Shown in pieces: positions 8,888 to 16,452 of a stretch of DNA of 62,215 bases; the first letter of the stretch is position 1, and each line of letters begins with the position of its first letter. Location: positions 1 to 62,215 of IMG/VR virus record IMGVR_UViG_3300044844_001006; one strand, given 5' to 3'. Origin of the DNA: a virus. Lineage: Duplodnaviria > Caudoviricetes. The notes beneath the pieces are model-generated. The model searched no databases and was not told the origin of the DNA. It saw nothing but the letters and a program-made list of their open reading frames with translations. The position numbers were made by a program, and so were the translations under genes.

Positions 8888-9222
8888 AACTGCGCCGCTC
8901 GCTACGTCGCCTTTCACCGCCGCCCCGCTCTACGCGCCGCACCGCACAGGGGGTCTCATGCGAGGCCCCACACCTCACCGCTAAGCCCCCTGGCTCTCCG
9001 GTGGGCTGACGCCTACCACGACGCGACACCACCCAGCGCCGCTCGACGCAACGCAACGCGCCGCACCGCACAGGGGGCCCAGTAATGGGCCTCACACCTC
9101 ACCGCTGAGCCATTGGTTCTCCGGTGGGCTGATGCCTACCACTGCTCCCTGCGCCGCGTTGCAAAACAGCGCTCCGCTTCGCATCGCACCGCACCGCACA
9201 GGGGCCCCTTTTTGGGGCCCAC
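8888..9222 (+). ncRNA. Array A-right: three units of CNC/YGC-NN pentamer tracts with the same hairpin scaffold
   Basis: Tracts at 8888-8947, 9017-9071 and 9140-9199 all end CGCAC CGCAC AGGGG plus a hairpin. The linker CACACCTCACCGCTRAGCC...CTCCGGTGGGCTGAYGCCTACCAC is repeated. Confidence 0.82.
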
Positions 9223-9254
9223 CCCAATCATTCACAGACACCCCCGAACACACC

Positions 9255-9566
9255 ATGAAAACCTTCTCAGTTACATTCAGCCTTACTCTTGATGTTACCT
9301 GCGCAGATCATTTAGATACTGATTGGGTAGCAAAGCAATTCGCCTACAAAAGTGATAGGTTTTCTACCCTTTGTATTGCAGGCGATCCTGAGGGCGAGAT
9401 TGCAATACAGGCTGCATCATCCGGCATAGAGAGTATTCGAAGGTATGATAGCCCAAAGGTATCGGCGACTCCCAAATCCGAGGCTCCCGCATTTCCTGCC
9501 CGTACCGGAAACCGCATTACTGACATGCTTTCTAATCCAGCCATTAGAAAGATGATTGGGTACTAG
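9255..9566 (+). CDS. Hypothetical protein (MKTFSVTFSLTLDV...)
   Basis: ATG after a C/A-rich leader. AT-richer than the genome average. Confidence 0.65.
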   Translation: MKTFSVTFSLTLDVTCADHLDTDWVAKQFAYKSDRFSTLCIAGDPEGEIAIQAASSGIESIRRYDSPKVSATPKSEAPAFPARTGNRITDMLSNPAIRKMIGY

Positions 9567-9625
9567 TAGCCTCTCCCAGTCCACCCAATCCCCATCCCCT
9601 ACTTACCATTATTGAGGATTTAGCT

Positions 9626-9988
9626 TTGGCTCACTACTGTGCTCCAGGTTTTCAGTTTGATGGAAAAGGATTTAGCCCAACGAATACACCGCCAAGCGTC
9701 AAGGCTGTGTGTGAAGGGTTGTTTGCACTTGGCTCGGGCGTCACTTTGGCAGGAGAAAAGCGTCTGGCTTTTCTTGCTGCATTGCATCAAGCCATACAAG
9801 AAAAACACATTGATCTTTCAGATCCTAACCCTGTCGCTGGCATTGAATGGGAAACCTTAGTCCCTGGTGCTGAATGGGAAGCCTTAGTCGACACGGGCGA
9901 AGGAACAATCAAGGTCACAGTAGAATGGCGGGTATCTATTGCCCCGCTACCTGAGGCGTCTGATGCGCTGGGTCTGCTCCCCAGTTGA
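9626..9988 (+). CDS. Hypothetical protein
   Basis: 120-aa ORF, TTG start preceded by GAGG. Confidence 0.5.
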   Translation: MAHYCAPGFQFDGKGFSPTNTPPSVKAVCEGLFALGSGVTLAGEKRLAFLAALHQAIQEKHIDLSDPNPVAGIEWETLVPGAEWEALVDTGEGTIKVTVEWRVSIAPLPEASDALGLLPS

Positions 9989-10021
9989 CCCGGAAACCTG
10001 CCGCAACACTGCCAGCCCGCC

Positions 10022-10255
10022 ATGGAAGCCCCAGTCATGGAAGCCCGCTCCTGCCCACGCTGCGGCGCCCGATGGCTAGGCGAGCAGCTTTACTGGGCCA
10101 CCGGCAAGAAGGCCTCAGAGCTTGATCTGGCGGGCCTCGTCTGCAACATGGTCAACGATCCGGTCTGCATCAACCCACTTAAAGGCCATGAAGGTGGCGA
10201 CACCTGGGCCAAGCGCATGGAGCGGGTCAGTCAGCCGCTTAGTGCTGAGGCATAA
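10022..10255 (+). CDS. Small Cys-containing hypothetical protein
   Basis: CPRCGARW...LYWATGK...DLAGLVCN. Preceded by a GGAAACCT motif. Confidence 0.7.
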   Translation: MEAPVMEARSCPRCGARWLGEQLYWATGKKASELDLAGLVCNMVNDPVCINPLKGHEGGDTWAKRMERVSQPLSAEA

Positions 10256-10261
10256 AAGGCA

Positions 10262-10290
10262 ATAAAAAGCCCCGGCAGTACCGGGGCCAT
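10262..10290. terminator. Intrinsic terminator between convergent genes
   Basis: AAAAAGCCCCGGCAGTACCGGGGC hairpin with an A-tract (U-tract on the minus strand). Confidence 0.65.
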
Positions 10291-10325
10291 CACCTCAAAC
10301 ACCGGAATTTCCGTTGTTTGCTTGG

Positions 10326-10598
10326 CTACCACTTCACCCTGTTTGCCCAGTAAGCGGCACTCATCGGGCCCTTTGCGATGTTGTCAGCATGGCGGGCCTT
10401 GAAGCTCGCACGGCGGGCTTTCTGCGCATCGGTGCGAGGGTTCTTCCCGGCACCACTCACCCCCTGCTGACCGAACCGGATCAGCCGCACCTTCTCGCCC
10501 TCCTTTGCTAACACCGCATGGCTCTTGGTGGCGTGCTGGGGGGTGCGCTTGGGCTTGTTATAGCCCTCAAACGTCTCCCCCCGAACAGTAATCGCCAT
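10326..10598 (-). CDS. Small basic phage protein
   Basis: GYNKPKRTP..HATKSHAVLAKEG..VRLIRFGQQG...SAAYWANRVKW, a motif pattern familiar from aquatic phages. Confidence 0.8.
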   Translation of the reverse strand: MAITVRGETFEGYNKPKRTPQHATKSHAVLAKEGEKVRLIRFGQQGVSGAGKNPRTDAQKARRASFKARHADNIAKGPMSAAYWANRVKW

Positions 10599-10600
10599 GA

Positions 10601-11434
10601 TCAGAGCAGATCGAGGCCGACCTTGCCGTAACCGGCCAGGCTCACCTGGAACTTGATCACCGTGCCAGCAGTCTGCTCAGGCTGGTAGCTCTCAAAGAAG
10701 CCATAGCCGTACTCCACCTGCTTCCCGTTGTTCGGGCCGATGACGGCGTACTCAACCATCAGCTTCTCGCTCACGTTGAACTCTTCACAGATCCGCATGG
10801 CACGCCACGCAGGGTCGGCGAAGTTCATCGCCCCGCTGATGCTCCAGGTCTTGTCCCTGGCGGTAGGAATCGGGGTGTTGTAGCTGCCCGCCTCGTCGTC
10901 GTAGGTGGTGACCGATTCCTTGGTGGTGCTGTTGCTGGGCTGGATATTGGTCAGACCCAGCAGGCGGAACGGGGGGTCGGTGCCGTCGAGCAGGAGTGAG
11001 GGGGCCACCACACCAGCAGATACGGAAGCAGTGGTGATCGCCGAGCCGGTCAGGGCATAGGTCAGGGTGTGCGGCGATGTGGTTGTAACCGCCGTCACCA
11101 CGAACGAACCGTTGATGGTGGCGAACGGAGCAGGAAGATCCTTCACCACGATCCGCTTGCCCACCGTGATGCCATGGGCATCAGCAAAGGTCAGGGTTGC
11201 GGTGGTGGTGGTACTGACCGCATTGGTAACCGCCTTGGTGCCGACACCGAATGCAAAGGTATCGCCGGTTCCAGCCGTGATGATCTGGGCGGTGGAGCTT
11301 TGCAGGGTGGTGTTGTCGATGAACTTGCCGGTGCCAAGCCCGCCGAGGTTGACGCGGGTAAGGTCAACCGCTGAAGCCTTGAGAGGGGTGAAGAAAAACT
11401 TGAACCCGTAGGCCTGTTCCCACACTTGGGGCAT
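10601..11434 (-). CDS. Major tail tube protein with an inserted beta domain
   Basis: ESVTTYDDEAG...KTWSISG...GYGFFESY...IKFQVSLAGYG fits a tail-tube pattern. Neighbours the tail chaperone. Confidence 0.75.
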   Translation of the reverse strand: MPQVWEQAYGFKFFFTPLKASAVDLTRVNLGGLGTGKFIDNTTLQSSTAQIITAGTGDTFAFGVGTKAVTNAVSTTTTATLTFADAHGITVGKRIVVKDLPAPFATINGSFVVTAVTTTSPHTLTYALTGSAITTASVSAGVVAPSLLLDGTDPPFRLLGLTNIQPSNSTTKESVTTYDDEAGSYNTPIPTARDKTWSISGAMNFADPAWRAMRICEEFNVSEKLMVEYAVIGPNNGKQVEYGYGFFESYQPEQTAGTVIKFQVSLAGYGKVGLDLL

Positions 11435-11521
11435 GATCCTGCCGGCGCTGCCGGTGCGTTACCTCGCAGGTTCCCGCCATGGCTTAAGACGCCTCAGCGG
11501 CTTAGGTGGGAAAGCTCAGGC

Positions 11522-11785
11522 ATGGCTTCTTACCCTCGCGGCGTTTCTCACTGCCCCCATAACGCACGGCGCCCATATCAGGCTCGCGTGTGGTGGGCTG
11601 GAAGGCGGTGGAGCCTGGGCTATTTCACGTCAATTCAGGCAGCAGCGCAGGCGGTGGAGCAGTGCTACCGGGAGATAGAACGATGGGCAGCCATGAGTCT
11701 GCCGCCGCCCATGCTGGCGCTGCAGCATCGGGAGCGGGTGGGACGTGCAGGGTCACCAGCCGGTGCGGATCATTCGCCAACCTGA
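11522..11785 (+). CDS. AP2-like DNA-binding protein
   Basis: YPRGVS...YQARVWWAGRRWSLGYFTSIQAAAQA matches the AP2/ERF domain pattern. Confidence 0.7.
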   Translation: MASYPRGVSHCPHNARRPYQARVWWAGRRWSLGYFTSIQAAAQAVEQCYREIERWAAMSLPPPMLALQHRERVGRAGSPAGADHSPT

Positions 11786-12323
11786 AGACGCGATCTTGCC
11801 CGGCTGCGGTGTCCTCCGCTAGCAGGAGCCCCCGCCAGCCGTCCTGATGTTCTAACGGGGCGAGTAGCAGGGCATCGTCTGCCAGCAGGGCAAGCAGCGG
11901 AGGCGGTGGCGTCCCCTCCCCGGCGGTGGCCAGAGCGTCGTAGAAGGCCATGGCGAACCCTGGCACCTGCCTCGCCTCGCACAGGGCCAGCATCGCCGCA
12001 CCGGCAGCAGCAGGGGGCCCCTCGGCTGCGTCCTGATTCTTGGGCGGCAGGAACCAGCAGAACTCCTCCATCGTGAACGGCTCGCGGCGCTTCTCGGTGT
12101 CCCGGTGAGCGCTGGCATACCAGGCGTGGAAGTTGGCGATCGGCCGCTCTGCCGCGTGCAGCCGTTCCCTCAGGAGGCGGGTGCCTTGGTCAAGCGCTTC
12201 CCAGATGGTGACTTCCGGGCACCAGGCGAAGTGCTCGCTGGTGAAGGCGTGGTGACGGGGCCAGAGGTCGCAGAGCTGCCAGAAGATTGCGCCCCAGTCG
12301 GTTGGGGCAGGTTTGGCTTTCCC
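11625..12323 (-). CDS. Tail assembly chaperone, -1 frameshift extension (lambda gpT-like part)
   Basis: The -1 frame is open from GGGAAAG (12317-12323) through TDWGAIFWQLCDLWP... into the 11625-12071 ORF. Confidence 0.7.
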   Translation of the reverse strand, partial: GKAKPAPTDWGAIFWQLCDLWPRHHAFTSEHFAWCPEVTIWEALDQGTRLLRERLHAAERPIANFHAWYASAHRDTEKRREPFTMEEFCWFLPPKNQDAAEGPPAAAGAAMLALCEARQVPGFAMAFYDALATAGEGTPPPPLLALLADDALLLAPLEHQDGWRGLLLAEDTAAGQDRVFRLANDPHRLVTLHVPPAPDAAAPAWAAADSWLPIVLSPGSTAPPPALLPELT

Positions 12324-12877
12324 AGGCTGTCGGCCATCAGTTGCAGGGTGGCCTCGGGATCAGCCGGTGCAGCGCCGCCGCGTTGCTCGCGCAGCATGAA
12401 GCTGTAGATGGCGTTGCGCAGGCCCTCGGTGAGGTTGCGGGTGTCGTCGTCGGTCCAGGCGGCGCAGGAAGGATCCACCTTGCCCAGCCGGTAGACGATC
12501 GCGGCGGTGACCAGCCGGGTGACTTGGGCCTCGTTCTGAGCTGACAAGCGGTTGTCAATGTCGCGGATCAGGCGGTGCTCCCGCTGCCGGATAGCGTCCT
12601 CCAGGGGCTCCAGCACCACCGGTATGCCAATGTGCTTTGCCATCAGGCGGGCCGCCACAAGGTTCGCCGTGGCCTCTGGTAGGTCGTCTGCCTCGCGGAT
12701 GATGCTTGCTAGGCGGTGGGTCTGTTCGTTCACCGTGCTCTGGTAGTCGATCTCATCGAGCAGGATGCGCTCCCCCACCAACAGGGCATTGAACACCGGG
12801 AACTCCAGGATGCCGGTGGTCTCATCCCCCACCTGCTCGACCTTGACTTCCGGGACGGTGACAAAGGGAAGCGGCAC
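12170..12877 (-). CDS. Tail assembly chaperone (lambda gpG-like)
   Basis: 235 aa with a Gly-Lys slippery site CTG GGA AAG near the C terminus, followed by a low-complexity tail. Confidence 0.72.
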   Translation of the reverse strand: MPLPFVTVPEVKVEQVGDETTGILEFPVFNALLVGERILLDEIDYQSTVNEQTHRLASIIREADDLPEATANLVAARLMAKHIGIPVVLEPLEDAIRQREHRLIRDIDNRLSAQNEAQVTRLVTAAIVYRLGKVDPSCAAWTDDDTRNLTEGLRNAIYSFMLREQRGGAAPADPEATLQLMADSLGKPNLPQPTGAQSSGSSATSGPVTTPSPASTSPGARKSPSGKRLTKAPAS

Positions 12878-13033
12878 GGTGCTGCGGTTGTGTTTTCTCA
12901 GCTTGCCGTTGTGGCTTAGGGAACCGCAATGGCTTATGATGTGGGGGCTGGGGGTTGCGCTGGCGTGGGCGAGCGTCTGACGCTACGACCGCTGCTCTTC
13001 CCCCGGCACCCATTCACCACCGACCGACCGACC

Positions 13034-13543
13034 ATGACCGACTTCCGCGCCGAACTGGATAAGACAAGAGGAGCCGAGGCGAGCGTTGAGCAAGTAGCTC
13101 AGATCGTCTACGAAAATGCCATGCTTGCAACTGCACCCGATCACGCCAAGCCGCATTGGCCAAGCTGGGCTGACCTTCCCAATTCAGATGCTCGCATCCA
13201 CGCGCTGAACACGGCTGAGATTATCCTCACCCGCTGGGGCCGCCCTGCAGCACCCGCGCCGAAGCCCATCCCGGTGAGTGAGCGGCTGCCGGAGGATGCC
13301 GACTGCCTGGTTATCCCGCCACTCGGGACAAGCACTTTCCCTCTCCGCTACTGCTGGCAGGCCAGTGAGATCATGCACTGTGGCCAAGCGCTACTGATCT
13401 GGGATTGGAAGCTGGTGCCGCACACGACAGATAAGCACTGGCCTTTCACGTACTGGCTGCCAGCGTCAACTCGATTCCTGCCGACGACGGTAGATCCTGC
13501 CAAAACCAACTCAGTAGCCGATCCCAACGAGGCTGAGGCATGA
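13034..13543 (+). CDS. Hypothetical protein with a DUF551-like module
   Basis: PIPVSERLP...TYWLP motifs. ATG after an ACC-rich leader. Confidence 0.65.
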   Translation: MTDFRAELDKTRGAEASVEQVAQIVYENAMLATAPDHAKPHWPSWADLPNSDARIHALNTAEIILTRWGRPAAPAPKPIPVSERLPEDADCLVIPPLGTSTFPLRYCWQASEIMHCGQALLIWDWKLVPHTTDKHWPFTYWLPASTRFLPTTVDPAKTNSVADPNEAEA

Positions 13544-14067
13544 GCACAGACTTCCGCGCCGCAGAAGGTGAGCAGTGGCTGCCGGTGCCTGGCTATGAAG
13601 GCTGCTACTCAGTCTCTTCACTGGGCAATGTCCGCAGCGAAAAACGAACAGTGCCTAACGGGCCCTCTCGTTATCGAGTCCTGGATCAAAGGATTTTGAA
13701 GCAATGGAAAAGCTCAGATGGGCACATGAGTGTAGAACTCTGTAAACAAAGCAAAACACAACGTTTTGTGGTTGGCAGGCTTGTTGCACATGCATTTTTC
13801 GGTCCCCCTCCTGCAGGGAAATATGTTCTTTATGGTCCTTTAGGCAAGGGCTGCAATGCTATTACAAACTTGTTTTATGGCACTTTGAGTAGAAATGACG
13901 CTTTAATGGCTGCCAACGGCACATTGATCCAGCCTGAACTTAGAGACAGCCGTACGCCGATAACGCTTCTACGGGTTGGGGCCTCTTGCGGTGGCGGTGC
14001 TCATCTTACTTCCGATGAGTGTCATTGCATCCTTACCTTGCTCGCCACACCCTTAGTCAACCCTTAA
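13540..14067 (+). CDS. NUMOD4-domain protein with a degenerate HNH region
   Basis: EQWLPVPGYEGCYSVSSLGNVRS is a NUMOD4 motif. The HNH region appears to lack the catalytic His (VLYGPLGKGCNAITNLFY). Confidence 0.75.
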   Translation: MSTDFRAAEGEQWLPVPGYEGCYSVSSLGNVRSEKRTVPNGPSRYRVLDQRILKQWKSSDGHMSVELCKQSKTQRFVVGRLVAHAFFGPPPAGKYVLYGPLGKGCNAITNLFYGTLSRNDALMAANGTLIQPELRDSRTPITLLRVGASCGGGAHLTSDECHCILTLLATPLVNP

Positions 14068-14116
14068 GACCCGCCACCGCCACCTGACTCACACCACCAC
14101 CGACACCAAGACACCA

Positions 14117-14563
14117 ATGAAACCAAGACTGATAGGCAGGATTGACAACTTTCAACATCCGCAGCGCAACTGGGAGGAGATGGTTGAAGTTGGTCAAGTT
14201 GAATCATACATAACCTCTTTGGATGAATGGGACTTCCCCGCCCTTGCAAGACTTGCAAATGCCGCCGGATACGTCCCGTGTCAGACAGGTAGATATGCTT
14301 CGGTCACCTTTCTACCTTGCAACGGCAGCATAAAATGGCACACGGACCCAGGAAGCGGCGTAAACGTTGCTTGTCTTGTCGGCAACGGCGGCAGTATCTA
14401 CCCATTGCCAGAGTTGATCACAAAGCATGGAGCGCTTGAGGTTAGCCTAGGTGACGTGTTTGTTTTTAACACTAACCTAGGTCACGCATGGCTATCACAT
14501 GATTTATGCGTACTAGCCAGCATCACGGTGAAGAGAAGGCGCAGTTCAAAGGGCTTAACCTAA
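14117..14563 (+). CDS. Putative 2OG-Fe(II) oxygenase/cupin-fold protein
   Basis: HxD motif (WHTD) and a distal His (GDVFVFNTNLGHAW). Confidence 0.55.
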   Translation: MKPRLIGRIDNFQHPQRNWEEMVEVGQVESYITSLDEWDFPALARLANAAGYVPCQTGRYASVTFLPCNGSIKWHTDPGSGVNVACLVGNGGSIYPLPELITKHGALEVSLGDVFVFNTNLGHAWLSHDLCVLASITVKRRRSSKGLT

Positions 14564-15000
14564 GACCCCGCCACCACCCTCTGGATGCGCTGCTGCAGCT
14601 TCCGGCCAAGCGGGAACACCGGGATCCCCGATACCTGCACCGTGCCCCGCACCGCATCAGTCCACGGCCTAGCCGGGAGGATGGTGCCATTGCGCAGGCG
14701 GGCTCCTTCGTGTACGGCGGTGGCGTACTGGGCGCTCCAGCGTGCCTCCAGGACGTAGGGATTGGGCGAGGAATAGGCAAACGACTGGCGAAGGGTGCCG
14801 ATGTCCACGATGTTGCGTGGGCTGCCGACGCTTCCGACTCGACGCTTCGTCTCCCGTGGCCATTGCCAAGCCTGTTTGTCAAATGAAGTCTGATACTTGT
14901 TGATCAGCTCAGCAAACGTGTCCTGCACGATTCCTGCCAGCATCTGATTCATCTCCCCAGGGCCGGGGCCAGCAACTGTGGTTTCTACCCGGATGCTCAT
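14560..15000 (-). CDS. Tail completion protein (HK97 gp10-like)
   Basis: RNIVDIGTLRQS...YATAVHEG...PARPW motifs. Confidence 0.7.
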   Translation of the reverse strand: MSIRVETTVAGPGPGEMNQMLAGIVQDTFAELINKYQTSFDKQAWQWPRETKRRVGSVGSPRNIVDIGTLRQSFAYSSPNPYVLEARWSAQYATAVHEGARLRNGTILPARPWTDAVRGTVQVSGIPVFPLGRKLQQRIQRVVAGS

Positions 15001-15003
15001 GGC

Positions 15004-15471
15004 TCAGATCGCAGTAAACAGGGCCGCCTTGAACTTGTCCCCCAGTGCCTCGCGTAGCTCGCTGCCGATCCCGCCGACTCCAAAGGGAAACTCCAGGATG
15101 CGCAGCTGCCCCTGTTCGGCGCCATTGGCCAACGTGGGCAGCACGGTGAGATCGGTGAGCACCGCCTGCCCGGTAGCTCCTGGCAGCATCCCAGCGGGCC
15201 TGTAGCCCGTCTCATTCCACGTGAGGGAAGTACCGACCACTAGCCAGCTCGCGGAGCCCAGCAGCGCCCAGCGGGTGATGAAGCCTTCAAGCATCAGCGA
15301 GCCCGCCTTCACCCCCGGTAGATCCTGCTCGCTGCGCCCTTGTGGCTTGGCGAACGCCTCGACCACCACCGCAGGGCCAGCAGCAGGCACCCCCGCACGG
15401 AAGTTCGTGATCGTCCCCGGCGGTTGCCACAGCATCCGCAGGTTCGCGTATTCGGCGAAGTCGGTGGCCAT
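15004..15471 (-). CDS. Putative head closure/neck protein
   Basis: 155 aa, between the adaptor-like and gp10-like genes. Confidence 0.5.
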   Translation of the reverse strand: MATDFAEYANLRMLWQPPGTITNFRAGVPAAGPAVVVEAFAKPQGRSEQDLPGVKAGSLMLEGFITRWALLGSASWLVVGTSLTWNETGYRPAGMLPGATGQAVLTDLTVLPTLANGAEQGQLRILEFPFGVGGIGSELREALGDKFKAALFTAI

Positions 15472-15965
15472 CAGCTACGAACCAGCATCGCCATTCCGCT
15501 GCCGCTGCCGCTGACCGGTTGGATTCCCAGCGTCTGGAAGATCCGCCCTTTTAAGGACTCCAAACGTCCGCCGAGCACGGCGCCGGCCGTCCCACCAGCG
15601 CCGCCCGATTCGTACTTCACCCGCAACAGGCTGGTGTCCCACTCCAACACGTCGGCCTTGCTCTTCAGCTCGTCGCGGCTGAGGCTCTTGCCAGGGGTTG
15701 GGCCTTCGTAGCTCGCGGCGTTGTTGAGGTGCGCTTTGCCCGATTCCACCTGATCCGCATAGTCCGCTTCCAGGTTCTCGATCTCGTCGATCCATCGTTG
15801 CACCTGGGTTACGGCAGCAGTGGAGGTGATCGCCACCCGGTTGAGGATCGCGGTTAGCTCAGTGAGGTTGGTCACCGACAAGGGCCAGCCCGCGTAGCCC
15901 CGGATCAGCTCACGGTCATCCTTTGGGGTGATCCGCCACAGGCTGTTGAGGACGGGGATGGACAT
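15471..15965 (-). CDS. Putative head-tail adaptor
   Basis: 164 aa (KADVLEWD motif), first gene of the neck cluster, preceded by a GGAAACCT motif. Confidence 0.55.
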   Translation of the reverse strand: MSIPVLNSLWRITPKDDRELIRGYAGWPLSVTNLTELTAILNRVAITSTAAVTQVQRWIDEIENLEADYADQVESGKAHLNNAASYEGPTPGKSLSRDELKSKADVLEWDTSLLRVKYESGGAGGTAGAVLGGRLESLKGRIFQTLGIQPVSGSGSGMAMLVRS

Positions 15966-16023
15966 GGCGCCGCACGATCTAGCGCAGGTTTCCAGGAAAC
16001 CTCAGGCAGTGACCGGAAACCCC

Positions 16024-16140
16024 GTGTACAACGACAAAGCAGGCAAGGGCATGGCAATGGGCAAAGCTGGCAAGGGCAAAAAGCAGGCCATGCCGAAGAA
16101 GCCCAAGCCTGCCAAGGGCGGGGGCATGAAGGCGAAGTGA
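16024..16140 (+). CDS. Very small Lys/Gly-rich basic peptide
   Basis: ...MAMGKAGKGKKQAMPKKPKPAKGGGMKAK, preceded by GGAAACC motifs. Start uncertain (GTG 16024 or ATG 16051). Confidence 0.45.
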   Translation: MYNDKAGKGMAMGKAGKGKKQAMPKKPKPAKGGGMKAK

Positions 16141-16449
16141 TCAATCAGGGGCCAGCCAGCTCCTGATCCGCTCCTCCCTCGCGGCAGTGTGGAACGGCTG
16201 CGCGTGATACCAGGCCCACACATCACAGTGGTTTTTGCTGACGTTGCAGCCAGCACATGCCGGCACAAGGTTCGATCGCACCGTCATGCCCCCCTTCACC
16301 TTGGGGATCACGTGGTCAAGCGTGATCTTCTCTGGCTCGCACCCGCAGTAAGCGCAGGCACCATCCCATGAATCGATGATCTCCCGCCTGAAGCTGTTTT
16401 TTGTGACACGTTTGGAAACAAGCTGAGATCCTTCAATCCGATAGGACAC
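16141..16449 (-). CDS. HNH endonuclease
   Basis: CAYCG...TLDHVIPKVKGG...NLVPACAGCN..K. Confidence 0.9.
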   Translation of the reverse strand: MSYRIEGSQLVSKRVTKNSFRREIIDSWDGACAYCGCEPEKITLDHVIPKVKGGMTVRSNLVPACAGCNVSKNHCDVWAWYHAQPFHTAAREERIRSWLAPD

Positions 16450-16452
16450 GTG

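Noticed and set aside
7194-9222. Canonical CRISPR array
   Set aside because: The linkers are about 65 nt and imperfect, the variable parts are 5-nt periodic rather than contiguous spacers, and no cas1, cas2, cas3, cas9 or cas12 gene is recognisable.
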